Assembly: GCA_964016885.1 (NCBI GenBank)
Contig: CAXHJY010000110.1
Location: forward strand, 1-64,000
Reading direction: 5' to 3'
Length of the DNA stretch: 64,000 bases
Origin: Eledone cirrhosa
Taxonomy: Eukaryota
The notes below the pieces were generated by a model. The model was not told where the DNA came from and searched no databases. It saw nothing but the letters and a program-made list of their open reading frames with translations. The position numbers were made by a program, and so were the translations under genes. Positions 22,426 to 36,503 of this stretch are shown here, one piece after another. Position 1 is the stretch's first letter, and every line of letters starts with the position of its first letter.

Positions 22426-25400
22426 ATGCCTACTGACTGTAGTAGGTTTTACTTTGTATTTAGGTAAAGCGGGTCTTCTCTATTACTGAGTACCGCCAAA
22501 GGTCTCGGTCCAGTGACATTGTCTTGGTGAGGGGTAAGTGTGTGAGGTCGGAATTTATCAGCTCGTCCCAGGTTTTTTCTGGGTCTGCCTATTCCGTGGC
22601 TACCGTCTATCTTTATTGCCCTGCACTTTGTTATACAGCTATCGTCCTTCATGCGCATCACGTGACCATACCAACATAGCCTTCTCTCGAGTAAACAACA
22701 TCTGATCCCTCTTATTTCTAATTTTTTCCTTAGTTCGTTTATGCTTTGTCGTTCACGTATATTACTATTACACATCCAGCGGAGCATGCAAGCTTCGTTT
22801 CTCTCTAGTCTGCGTATATCCTCTGCACACAATGCCCAGGTCTCACTGCCATGCAACATTGTTGTTCGTATGCAAGCATTGTACAACCTTCCTTTCATTT
22901 TTAGGGAGAACCCTTTAGCGGCTAATAGTGGTATAAGCTCTCTGAACTTTTTCCACCCAGTTCTGACTCTAGCTACTGTACTTTCAGAGCACCCTCCGCC
23001 ACTGCTGATTTTGTCACCCAGGTAACAGAAGCTGTCCACTATTTCTATAGAACCCTCTGCGCAGTTGAAAGAGCTAGTATTTTGTGGGCACTTGCTGCTA
23101 CTTATTGCCCCAGAACACCGGCCACATGTAAAATCTATGTTCTTAGTTAGCTTACCTCTGATCCCACTACATCTTTTATGCACCCATACTTTGCATTTAG
23201 GACATAAAATGGAATTTCTACCTACGCCTTTCCTACACTCTGCGCATGGCCACTTCCCGGAGGGGACCGCCACCTTATTTTCTTTCTTACAAACTAGAAC
23301 TTTAGTCTTAGCCAGGTTAATTTTAAGGCCTTTTGATTCTAGGCCGTGCTTCCATGTTTGGAATTTCTTCTCTCGCTCGGCCATTGATTCAGCTATGAGC
23401 GTTAGATCATCTGCGTATAGGAGTTCCCATGGGCAGCCGGTCTTGAACTCCACTGTTATAGCCTGGAGGGCAATAATAAATAGTAGGGGGCTAAGAACAG
23501 AGCCCTGATGAACACCAACTTTTACACTAAACTCTTCACTATATTCGTTGTTAATTCTAACCTTGCTGACTGTTTCTTTATACATGGCTTGTATAGCTCT
23601 CACAAGCCATTCGTCAACACCTAGTTTTCTAAGAGCCCACCAGATAATGGAACAGGGGACTCTGTCGAAGGCCTTCTCCAAGTCGACGAAAGCTAAGTAT
23701 AGGGGTTTACTTTTAGCTAGGTACTTCTCCTGTAGTTGTCGTACAATGAAAAGAGCGTCTGTGGTACTTTTTCCTGACACAAACCCGAACTTCATTTCAT
23801 CTAGATCAATTCGCTCTCTGATTAGTTGCGCTATTACTTTTTCCGTGACCTTCATGACCTGGTCGATTAATTTAATGCCTCTATAGTTACTCCTATCTAG
23901 GGCATCTCCTTTACCCTTATAACAGTTAACGATCATGCTGCTACGCCAGTCCTTCGGAACAACCCCATTCTGTATGACTTGGTTGACTATCCGGGTGACC
24001 ATGGTGTGTCCCACCGTACCAGATGCCTTCAGCATCTCAGCAACTATTTCCGAAGGCCCAGCTGCCTTGCCCGTCTTCATATCTTTGATTGCCTTACTTA
24101 TTATACTACCTTCAACTAACACTGCTGGTCCCTCTATTGGATCGATCTGGGGGAGACTGTCTTTCTCCCATTTGTTCTCCTCATTTAGAAGCCTTTCGTA
24201 GTGACACTTCCAAGCTACCTTCTTATCAGCGTCGGTGATGGCAAGTATGCCGTCATCGTTAAATACACACTTCTCCCCGACAATATCACTGTTTCCTTGA
24301 CACATTGCCTAGCAATCCTGAACACCTCACGTTTTTGGTCCTCACGTTGTAGAACATGCTTGAACTTTCTTTCCTCTGCTTCCCTTCTTGCGAAGTACAC
24401 CTTGTCTCCTAGCTTCCCTCCTGGCCACTTGATAGTCTTCTCTGCTTCCCCCATCCCGCCATACTTTCCAAGCCTGCTTTTTGGCCTTAATTGACCCCTC
24501 CACCTTACTGTTCCACCACCATGTTACTCTCCTCCTGCCTACAGGCCTGCTCCAGCCACAGACTTCGTCTGCCGCCCGTCAGCAGGTTTGCTTTCAGGAA
24601 TTCCCACTGTTCCTCTACCTTGTACGACTCTAATTGCTCTTCCTTACTGTCGAAAGCATCAAGTAATATGCTTTGGAATTTATTTTGGCTGTGGGGTCCT
24701 TTAGCTTCCATATTTTTCTCCTGGAGGATAGTCCTCTTCTGTTGTCTAGTATGTCTCGTCCTGACTATTAGGTCGCTAATTATCAGTCTATGTTGGGAGG
24801 TGCATTCTCATGGGGGAGGGATTTAGTGTTTACAACAGTCACTTTGTCACGTCTTCTGGTAAGGATATAATCTACCTGGCTGTATGTTCCCCTGATCTGT
24901 AGGTGATCAAGTGATTGTCTCGTTTTTTGAAGTTAGTGTTGCAGATAGTTAGGTTATTTGCGTCGCAGAATTCCAGGATTCGGGAGCCTTCCTCATTTCT
25001 AGTACCAAACCCATAGCCTCTATGGATTTCGTCGTAGCCGTCACAATGTTGTCCAACGTGACCGTTTAGGTCGCCTGCAATAATTATATAGTCACTGTCG
25101 GTTATTTGGGAGGTAGTGAGCATCAGTGTCTCATAGAATCTGTCTTTTATAGTGCTGGGCAGTCCGGATTGGGGTGCGTACGCGCATATTACTGTCACCG
25201 TAGTTCTATTGAGGACAAGTCTTATTTAATTATTCTGTCGTTCACTCTATTTACGTCTATTATCAGATCTGCCCACTTTCTGCTACCATGATTCCTACTC
25301 ACCCAGCCCATTGTCATTTCCCACCCAGAAAAGCTTATAGCATCGTTTTCTACCCACAATGAATCTAGCAGATCCACCCCTCCACCTGGTCTCTTGAATA

Positions 25401-26060
25401 CAACAAACATCGACCTCCTTACGTTCAAGCATTTCTACAACCTCGTTAGAGCGACCCTTTAAGGTGCCTACATTCAAGGTACCAAATCTGAAGTTTTGGA
25501 TTGCGTTTGGGGGGTGAAGGTGGGGAGCGGGGGGAGATGGGGTTATGTTAGCCATCCGCGGCCGAAACAAAGAGGCATGCTCGCATTCTCGTCCACGAGG
25601 TGTGTTTGTCTTTAACTTTGGCATTGTCGCTGAGCGTCCAGATTTTTCTCTCTTCAACTCTCCGGAACTCCGTAGTCCTTCCATCCTACATATCGAAGGC
25701 GACCAGGTAAGCGATAGTATAGGCCTCTGGCTTATGATTGGTCCACTAATAATAATGGTGGTGCGTGGGGGCGGGAGGGAGGGGTGTTGAGTTGTTAGCG
25801 AGAAGAATAGGTTTAAGTGAGATCCTCGTATTTAACGAACGTAAACAAAAATACAAGATTTGTTTAGTAAAATACGCCAAAAACTTCCGTATTTTACAAG
25901 CATGACAAAAATACAAGAGATTTGTTTTGGAAAATACAGGAGGAAATAGGATGGGATGGCTAGTGAGACAAGAATTGGAAAGAGGATAGAAAAATGCTAT
26001 GTGATTTGGAAGGACTATGGAATTAAGCGGATGTTAGAAAAGGTAGAAAAATGAGTACAT
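22424..26060 (-). mobile_element. RTE LINE family B, near full length, frameshifted; most of the 3' UTR and the tail are deleted
   Basis: ORF pieces 25295-25684 (APE start), 24872-25198 and 22449-24305 (RT + PHD). Confidence 0.95.
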
Positions 26061-26258
26061 TATAATATATATATTATATATAATATATATATATATATAT
26101 AATATATATAAATTTTGAGTTTATGTTGGTTGTATACCAACACCTCAGTATGCAGGCTGGAGCACTCGACAAAGTGCGCAGGTTGGTTTAGTTACTCCGG
26201 AGTAGTGTAAAATAAAGTTAAATAAAAGTCAAATGATTAAAATTTAGCTTCGTTTATT

Positions 26259-26312
26259 ACTGCTATATATATTTCAGTGACAGCCATCTTGGCTGTGACC
26301 TCTTCAGGCAGT
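26259..26312 (-). ncRNA. Type I hammerhead ribozyme (inverted copy)
   Basis: Reverse complement of 26809-26863 with a 1-nt shorter loop II. Confidence 0.85.
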
Positions 26313-26808
26313 TTGAATTAGTATGGTATAGACAAGTACATATGTTGTTTAGGTGTATAATATTGTCAATCAAGATATAAGCTGACCACTACACCAACAA
26401 CAGTACCAAAATAATGGTGGAGGTCAAATGTACTGAACAATAGCAGGCATAAACACCACAGGGAGCCTCACCCCAGAAAGAATTCTATAGACTTCTGACT
26501 GAGGAATGCTCTCAGAACTGACCAATGGGAAGTTTGACACTTTTTTGTTATTTTGTTCCTTTAACACCTTGTCCCTTCTACCATTTTATCAATTTTTAAG
26601 CTAACTCCAACAATAACAACACTTAGAATGAGGAATGTTCTAATAACTGACCAATGAGAGGAGAAGGGGACCTTTGACACTGAAATTCGTTTGTTTGAAT
26701 TCATATGACTCCAGTTCCTCAGTGAATTAACAACCCAACAATATCAGAGTATTGACAATATTATACACCTAAACAACATATGTACTTGTCTATACCATAC
26801 TAATTCAA

Positions 26809-26863
26809 ACTGCCTGAAGAGGTCACAGCCAAAGATGGCTGTCACTGAAATATATATAGCAGT
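26809..26863 (+). ncRNA. Type I hammerhead ribozyme
   Basis: ACTGC-CTGAAGA-[ggtcacagcca aaga tggctgtcact]-GAAA-T(ATAT)A-TA-GCAGT; core intact, perfect 5-bp stem I, palindromic loop III. Confidence 0.88.
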
Positions 26864-27285
26864 AATAAACGAAGCTAAATTTTAATCATTTGACTTTTAT
26901 TTAACTTTATTTTATAATATATATATAATATAATATATATATAATATATATATAATATAATATATATATAATATATATATAATATAATATAATATATAAT
27001 ATAATATAATATATATATAATATAATATAATATATATATAATATAATATAATATATATATAATATAATATATATATAATATAATATATATATAATATAAT
27101 ATAATATAATATATATATAATATAATATATATATAATATAATATATATATATATAATATAATATATATAATATATAATATATAATATATATATATATAAT
27201 ATATATATATAAAATATATATATATATAATATATAAATATAAAATATATATATATATATAATATATATATATAATATATATATAT

Positions 27286-28766
27286 AAAGTTGGCGTCCAT
27301 CAGGGCTCTGTTCTCAGCCCACTACTATTTATTATTGCCCTTCAGGCTATAACAGAGGAGTTCAAGACAGGCTGCCCATGGGAACTCCTATACGCAGACG
27401 ACCTGACACTCATAGCGGAATCAATGGCCGAGCTAGAGAAGAAATTCCAAACATGGAAGCACGGCCTAGAGTCAAAAGGACTTAAAATTAACCTGGCTAA
27501 GACCAAAGTACTAGTTTGTAGGAAAGAAAACAAGGCGGCGGTCCCTTCTGGGAAATGGTCGTGCTCGGTGTGTAGGAAAGGCGTAGGTAGAAACTCCATT
27601 TTATGTCCTAAATGCAAAGTATGGGTGCATAAAAGATGTAGTGGGATCACAGGTAAGCTAACTAAGAACATAGATTTTACATGTGGCCGGTGCTCTGGTG
27701 CAATAAGTAGCAGCAAGTGCCCACAACTACTAGCTCTTTCAATTGCGCAGAGGGTTCTATAGAAATAGTGGACAGCTTCCGTTACCTGGGCGATAAAATC
27801 AACAGTGGGGGAGGGTGCTCTGAAAGTACTGTAGCTAGAGTCAGAACTGGTTGGAAAAAGATCAGAGAGCTTATACCACTATTAGCTGCTAAAGGGTTCT
27901 CACTAAAAATGAAAGGCAGGTTGTACGATGCCTGCATACGAACAGCAATGCTGCATGGCAGTGAGACCTGGGCATTGTGTGCAGAGGATATACGCAGACT
28001 AGAGAGGAACGAAGCTTGCATGCTCCGCTGGATGTGTAACAGTAATATACGTGAACGGCAAAGCATAAACGAACTAAGGAAAAAATTAGAGATAAGAGGG
28101 ATCAGATGTTGTTTACTCGAGAGAAGGCTACGTTGGTATGGACACGTGATGCGCATGAAAGTCGATAGCTGTATAACAAAGTGCAGGGCAATAAAGATAG
28201 ACGGTAGTCACGGAATAGGCAGACCTAGAAAAACCTGGGACGAGCTGATAAACTCCGACATCACACACTTACACCTCTCCAAGACAATGTCACTGGACCG
28301 AGACCTTTGGCGGTACTCAGTAACAGAGAAGACCCGCCTTACCTAAATATATAGTAAAACCTACTCCAGCCAGTAGGCATCTCTAACAAAATACACCCCG
28401 TCCCACCACCCCCACCCCCACCCCATCCACACCACCCCGTTCTATGTAAAGTTATGTTGGTGCCGCGCCATCGAGGCCGAAACAAATGAGATCGTGTAGG
28501 TGTCACGACAAAAAAACACACAGTCCACGCTGTAATGTGGCCGTGTAGGCAACACGGTAAAAACCTCCCAGACCCACACTGTAAAAACCTCCCAGACCCA
28601 CACTGTAAATGTGGTTGGTGTTAGGAAGGGCATCCAACTGTAGAAAACCTGCCAGACAGTCCTATGCGAGCAAGACAATCACTCTTGCCTCAAGTGGGAC
28701 TACCCCCGTCCAAACCCATGCAAGCGTGGAACACGGACGTTAAACGTTGATGATGATGATGATGAT
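27286..28766 (+). mobile_element. RTE LINE family B, 5'-truncated (from VGVHQG), one frameshift
   Basis: ORFs 27424-27762 and 27717-28346; (GAT)n tail. Confidence 0.95.
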
Positions 28767-29083
28767 AATATATATATATAATATATATATATATAATATA
28801 TATATATATTAATATATATATATATAATATATATATATAATATATATATATATATAATATATATATATAATATATATATATATAATATATATATATATAA
28901 TATATATATATATAATATATATATATAATATATATATATATATAATATATATATATTTAATATATATATATAATATATATATATATATAATATATATATT
29001 TTAATATATATATATAATTATTATATATATATAATATATATATATTTAATATATATATATAATATATATATATATATAATATA

Positions 29084-29121
<38 letters not shown>

Positions 29122-29966
29122 TATATAATATATATATATATATAATATATATATATATAATTATATATAATATATATATATAAATATTATATATATAATA
29201 TATATATATATAAAATATATATATATAATATATATATATATAATATATATATATAATATATATATATATAATATATATATATATAATATATATATATTTA
29301 ATATATATATATAATATATATATATATATAATATATATATATTTAATATATATATATAATATATATATATAATATATATATATAATATAATATATAATAT
29401 ATTATATTTAATATATATATATTTAATATATATATATTTAATATATATAATAATATATATTTAATATATATATATTTAATATAATTAATATATATAATAT
29501 ATATAATATATATATAATAATATATATATATTTAATATATATATATTTAATATATTTATTTAATATAGTATATATTTAATATATATATATATATATATAA
29601 TATTTATATTTAATATATATAATTATATATATAATATATATATAATATATATATATATACTATATATAATATATATATATATAATATATATAATATATAT
29701 ATATATATATCTATAATATATATAATATATATATTATATATATATATATAATATATATATAATATATAATATATATATAATATTAATATATATATATATA
29801 ATATATATATATATAAATATATATAATATATATATATATAAATATATATAATATATATATATATAAATATATATATATAATATATAATAATATATATATA
29901 TATAAATATATATATATAAATATATATAATATATATATATAAATATAAATAATATATATATATATA

Positions 29967-30004
<38 letters not shown>

Positions 30005-30182
30005 AATATAAATAATATATATATATATAAATATATATATATAAATATATATAATATATATATATATAATATATATATAATATATATATATATAATATAT
30101 ATAATATATATATAATATATATATAATATATATATTATATATATAATAACTATATAATATATATATAATATATATATAATAT
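28767..30182. repeat. ~1.4-kb interrupted (TA)n microsatellite
   Basis: Direct inspection. Confidence 0.95.
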
Positions 30183-30416
30183 ATCATCATCATCATCATC
30201 ATCATCATCGTTTAACGTCCGTGTTCCATGCTTGCATGGGTTTGGACGGGAGTTTTCCCACTTGAGGCAAGAGTGGTTGTCTTGCTCGCATAGGACTGTC
30301 TGGAGGGTTTTCTACAGTTGGATGCCCTTCCTAACACCAACCACATTTACAGTGTGGGGCTGGGAGGTTTTTATCGTGTTGCCTACACGGCCACATTACA
30401 GCGTGGACTGTCTGGC
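30183..30416 (-). mobile_element. RTE LINE family B, 3' UTR-only insertion
   Basis: Reverse complement of ~15477-15706. Confidence 0.93.
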
Positions 30417-30450
30417 ATATATATATAATATATATAATATATATAATAAT

Positions 30451-33400
30451 ATCATCATCATCATTTTTACGTCCGCTTTTCCCTGCTTGCAAGGGTGGGA
30501 TGGGTCTTATTCAGCACAGCATCTCTCCACTCGTCACGGTCCCTCGTCATCTCCACCGTGAGCTTCAATGATCTGAGGTCTGTTATCACCACCTCCGCCA
30601 TGTTTTTCGTGGTCTACCTCTACCACGTCTTCCTTCAACTGGCAATTCCTGGCACTTCTTCACCCATCGGTCATCCTCCATGCGCATCACATGTCCATAC
30701 CACCTCAGTCTCCTCTCCCGTACACTACATTCTATCCCTCTCAGACACAGTTTCTCTCTCAACACATTTATGCTGGGTCGTTCACGCACATTTACACTGC
30801 ACATCCAACGGAGCATGCTTGCCTCATTTCTCTCCAGCCGTCGCATATCCTCTGCAGTTGCTGCCCATGTCTCACTACCATGCAGCATCGCGCTCCTCAC
30901 ACAGGCATCATACAACCGGCCTTTCGTACGCAGGGAGAAACCCTTCTTCACAACAGAGGAAGCAGCTCCTAAACTTCTTCCAACCCGTCCTTATTCTAGA
31001 TACTATCGCCTCGGAACACCCTCCTCCCATGGTAATCTGATCTCCTAGGTACCGGAAGCTATCCACCACTTCTATAGCGCCCTCTTGCATTTGAAAAATG
31101 TGTCTATCAGTGCGACTTCTACTGTCTAATTTCCCTGTACATCTACAGCATACATATTTCTCCCTACCTGTTAGTTTGCCTGCTATCCCGCTACATCTTT
31201 TGTGTACCCAGGATCTGCATTGTGTGCATTTTATAGAATTTATGCCAGTTCCTTTTCTGCATATCGAACATGGCCATTTCCCTGACGGAATCAGGGTTTT
31301 GTCCTCTTTTCTACTCATCAACACTTTTGTCTTAGCTAGATTCACTCTCAGTCCTCTTGCTTCCAACTGCTGTTTCCATAGTCAGAATTTATTCTCTAGC
31401 TCCTCTACTGATTCTGCTATAAGAACCAGATCGTCAGCGTAGAGAAGTTCCCATGGACAGCCAGTCTTAAACTCCTCTGTTATGGCTTGGAGGACTATAA
31501 TGAACAAGAGCGGGCTGAGGACTGAACCCTGATGTACTCCTACTTGTATCTGGAATTCCTCACTAAACTCCATTCCTACCCTGACTTTACTGAGAGTACC
31601 TCTGTACAAAGGTTGCACTGTCCTCACAAGCCATTCCTCAACACCTAGCTTCCTTAGGGACCACCAGATGACAGATCGGGGTACCTTATCAAAGGCCTTC
31701 TCTAGGTCAACAAAGGCTAAGTATAGTGGCTTATTCTTCTCTAAGAACCTCTCTTGCAATTGTCTCACCAAGAAGAGGGCATCTATTGTACTCTTCCCAG
31801 GCACAAAACCAAACTGCATCTCATCTAGTTTGACCCTTTCTCTAATTAGTTGTGCTAAAATCCTTTCTGCCACTTTCATAACCTGATCTATCAGTTTTAT
31901 ACCCCTATAATTGCTCCTCTCCAAAGCATCCCATTTACCTTTGTAGCAATTTATGAGAATACTGCTGCACCAGTCTTTGGGTATGACACCACCATATATA
32001 GTCTGATTGATGATGCGTGCAACCAGTTTAGTGCCTACGTCCCCTGATGCCTTCAGCATCTCAGCAACAATTCCCGATGGTCCGGCAGCCTTACCATTTT
32101 TCATTTCCCTAATCGCCTCTTGGACCCTATATTCGTCAATCTCAATAGCTGGTCCCTCTGTCGGATCCACCAAAGGTAATTTCTCTCTCTCCCATTCGTT
32201 CTCCACATTCATCAGTCTCTCATAATGACATTTCCAGGCCTCCTTTTTCTGATCATTCGTGACATTAAGTACACCGGCATCATCCCGGACACATTTATCT
32301 CCAACAACATCCTGATTTGCATTGACACACTGCCTTGCAATGTGGAACACCGCACGCCTCTGATCTTCCCGTCGCAGAACATTGGCAAACCTCCTACTCT
32401 CTGCCTCCCTGCGTGCTAAGTACACCTGACGTCTAGCTTCTCTCTTAGTGGCTGTACATTCTTCCCTACTCCCACCCTTTTTCCAAGCCTTCCATGCTAG
32501 TCTTTTGTCTCTAATAGCCTTATCTACTGTGCTGTTCCACCACCAGGTCACTCTCTGTCTGGTTGGAGCTCTGCTCCAGCCACAAGTTTCATCAGTAGCC
32601 TGCAGCAAGTTGTCACGTAGGAAATTCCAGTTATTATCTATGTCATACGTCTCTAAATCGTCTTCTTTTTCGTCATATACATCTTGAAAGGCTTTCCTAA
32701 ATTTGTATTTTAGTGAAAGGTCTTTTAGCTTCCAGACCTTTCTCCACACCTTCCTATATGTCTCATTCCATCTCTTGCTTACTGAGATATCACTAACAAC
32801 TAACCTATGCTGTGGGGTACATTCTTCCCCAGGGTATGCCTTGGTATTAGACACTATCTGCCTGTCCCGCTGCCTAACTAGCAGGAAGTCAATCTGGCTT
32901 ATGTGCTCACCAGATTTGTAGGTTATTAGGTGATTGGCAGGTTTCTGGAAGTTTGTGTTGCAAATAGTCAATGTACCCGCATCACAAAATTCAAGAAGTC
33001 TCACTCCTTCCTCATTTCTTGAACCGTAACCGTTCCCACCATATATCCCAGTGTAACCATCCTGGAGCTGTCCAACATGACCATTGAAGTCTCCTGCTAG
33101 CATAACAATGTCTCCGTCCTCTGTCATTGCGGTTGTTTGCAAAAGTTGCTCATAAAAGCAGTCTTTCTCATCTTTGCCTAGGCCTGCTTGGGGAGCATAG
33201 GCCGAGATGATTGTCAGTAGTCTCCTACCTACAACTAATCTAAGCTTAATTATTCGATTACTAACTCGAACTACCTCTATTGTCTTATTGATCCATTTCT
33301 CAGCCAGGAAAATGCCTACTCCCCCTAGCCCATCATCCTTACCTACCCAGAATAGCTTATAGCTAAGACGCTTGCCTACGAGTAGTCTCGCAGAGGCACC

Positions 33401-34435
33401 TCTCCATCTCACCTCTTGCACGCAGCACACATCCACCTGCCTTCTCTCCAGCATCTCCGCTATTTCAGCAGATCTACCTCTGAGAGTGCCAACATTAAGT
33501 GTTGCAACTCTGAGATGCGATGTCTTCATATTTTGTTGTTGTTCCTATTTGTTGCTGTGCTGATAAGAGTTTTGGCATTGATACACTGGTTGGATGCCCT
33601 TCCTAACACCAGCACCACTTTACAGCATGGACTGGGTGCTTTTATTTGTGCCACCAGCACTAGAGAGGATGTCTTACTAGACTCAAGGGCCCTCTCTACC
33701 CCTCCATTTTACAGCATGGTCATAAAAAAAAAAAAATTTTCAAAAAACTTATTGACACGACGCACACACAAACACTCACACACCAACACTCATGCATACA
33801 AACCACAACCACACACACGCCACTCACATACCAACACTCATTCATGCATACAATCACACACACCACTCACAAACACACATATATATACATATATTACCGA
33901 CAGTACTGATACAAATACAAAATCAAAATCAAAATCATCAAAATCAATATTATGTCAACTGTTGACCTTTCCCAGTCCAGTTCAGCTTGTATATAATAAC
34001 AATAATAATAATTGTTTGCTTTACGCTGGTAGTGGCGTTGGTGGTGGTGAATCGTGCCAGTGTGGTGGTGGTGGATGGTGTCAGTGTGGCGGATGGTGTC
34101 AGTGTAGTGGTGGTGGATGGTCAGTGATGGTGGTGGCAGTTGTTGGTGCTGTAGTTGTTGTCGTTGTTGTCGCTGTTGTTGTTCTTCTTCATTTCACTGC
34201 TGCTGTTGCTGCAGACAATGGTGTTGATGCTGTTATTGCTGTCGCATATATACATACACACACATTCAACACAGACAATGGTGTTGTTGCCGTTGTTGTT
34301 GTTGGTGTTGCTGCTGTTGTTGTTGTAGTTGTTGCTGTGTTGAAATCTGGTCGCATCCATACATATAAACACACATATATATATGTATATACACATACAT
34401 ACATCAAAAGAGTCAGCAGTATGTCAACAGGGACA
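30451..34435 (-). mobile_element. RTE LINE family C, probably full length; one stop and one frameshift in the 3' third
   Basis: ORF 31382-33529 (APE + RT to YADD), then 30908-31366 (PHD) and 30586-30951. Very short 3' UTR with (GAT)n. The simple-repeat-rich 33530-34435 is read as 5' UTR; its boundary is inferred from the flanking TA tract. Confidence 0.9.
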
Positions 34436-35094
34436 TATAATATATATAATATATATATATAATATATAATATATATATATAATATATATATATATAATAT
34501 ATATATATAATATATATATATATAATATATATATATAATATATATATATATAATATATATATATAATATATATATATAATATATATATATAATATATATA
34601 TATAATATATATATATAATATATATATATAATATATATATATAATATATATATAATATATATATAATATATATATAATATATATATATAATATATATATA
34701 TAATATATATATATAATATATATATAATATATATATATAATATATATATATAATATATATATATAATATATATATAATATATATATATAATATATATATA
34801 TAATATATATATATAATATATATATATAATATATATATATAATATATATATAACATATATATAATATATATATATAATATATATATAATATATAATATAT
34901 ATATAATATGTAATATATAATATATAATATATATATAATATATATATAATATATAATATATATATAATATATAATATATATATATATATAATATATATAT
35001 ATATAATATATATATAATATATATAATATATAATATATATATATATAATATATATAATATATATATATATATAATATATATATATATATATAAT

Positions 35095-35137
<43 letters not shown>

Positions 35138-35408
35138 TAATATATAATATATATATATATATAATATATATAATATATAATATATAATATATATATATAT
35201 ATAATATATATATATAATATATATATATATAATATATAATATATAATATATATATATATAATATATATAATATATATATATATATATATAATATATAATA
35301 TATATATATATAATATATAATATATATATATATAATACATATATATATAATATATATATATATAATACATATATATATAATATATATAATATATATATAT
35401 ATATATAT
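34436..35408. repeat. (TA)n microsatellite with TAA interruptions; right boundary of the first transposon nest
   Basis: Direct inspection. Confidence 0.95.
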
Positions 35409-35694
35409 TACAAGAGCAAACATACTATTTGAAGATAGTGCATTCCATTGACATCACTGTATTATATATTCCTTAGTATATATAGAGAGAGATAAAAATA
35501 GCAATGGAAACTCTAATGGGTTGTGTTTCCTGATTTATGGAGACAAATAGGAGTACAATCTATGGAAGACTCGACTATCTATTGTATATATAAACACTCC
35601 TAATGGGTTATGATTTATTTATTTAGTACCTACTATAGCCGAGGATGTGAAAGCTAAAGCCAAAATTATTTGACACCCAGTAGTTTATACACAA

Positions 35695-35840
35695 CGAAAT
35701 GGCAAAGTCGTTAGAACGCCAGATAGAATGCTTTGTGGTATTCGTTTCAGCTCTGAGTTCAAATCCCGCTGAGCTCAACTTTGCCTTTCATCCATTCAAG
35801 GTTGGTAAAAAGAAGTACCAGTCTAGTACTGGGGCCAATT
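35695..35840 (+). mobile_element. Decayed tRNA-derived SINE
   Basis: A-box-like tggcaaagtcg, B-box gagttcaaatccc, then a core caactttgcctttcatcc..aagtaccagt resembling mollusc SINE cores (from recollection). Confidence 0.6.
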
Positions 35841-36259
35841 CACCCTCTATATCTCTGCATCACTTCCATTCTCTCACTATCTTTCTCTAGAAGAAATCTA
35901 CTATATTCTAACATTAAGAGGATTGGGTTCCACCAGGTTTTAAAAGTGCCCTAGAAACACTATGTTAATACGGCACACCTACGACTCCCTTAGGAGTTAT
36001 AGGACCATGCCATACCATGCCATCAGTAGTTTAAGTTAAGTTCTTTAAGCCCAAGAAGGAATTGGGGAAAAGGTGGTAATAGCACCTATCCATTACTGAA
36101 ATAGAAATTGAATGGAGAATTTCTCAAGGTACTCCTAAAGAATCTTTCCTTGGACCACATGAATGGACCACATGAATGTACATTTTTCATCCATCTTTCC
36201 CATGTAGTTTATTTTAATTCTATTTTTTTTAAATTGTTAATTGTCCGAGGTTTAGAATG

Positions 36260-36503
36260 TGTCTGGAGGATCTTAGAATGTCTGGATCCAATGTTGATCT
36301 TTTCTTTGCAAAATATTTTCTTTTGTCTCTTCCACGTCTGTATATAGTTGTAACACCATTTTCACATACCCTTGCAGAACATGTTCCGTTCTTCCATAAT
36401 GTTGTATTTGTAATCTTTGCTCAGAGTTTGTGTCTGTGCATATTATTTTGTACAGATTTATGCCCAGGTGTGATATTTTCCTATCATTTCTCATGCATTA
36501 CAG
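36260..36503 (-). mobile_element. Possible decayed Penelope-like GIY-YIG C-terminal fragment
   Basis: Weak motif similarity only (..EHV..ILQRKDQHWIQTF). Confidence 0.25.

Larger units (their letters stand above)
26111..26915 (+). mobile_element. Non-coding fold-back insert with two complete hammerheads in inverted orientation (probable Penelope-like pLTR)
   Basis: ~163-bp inverted repeat 26208-26370 / 26751-26914; flanked by (TA)n. Confidence 0.75.
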
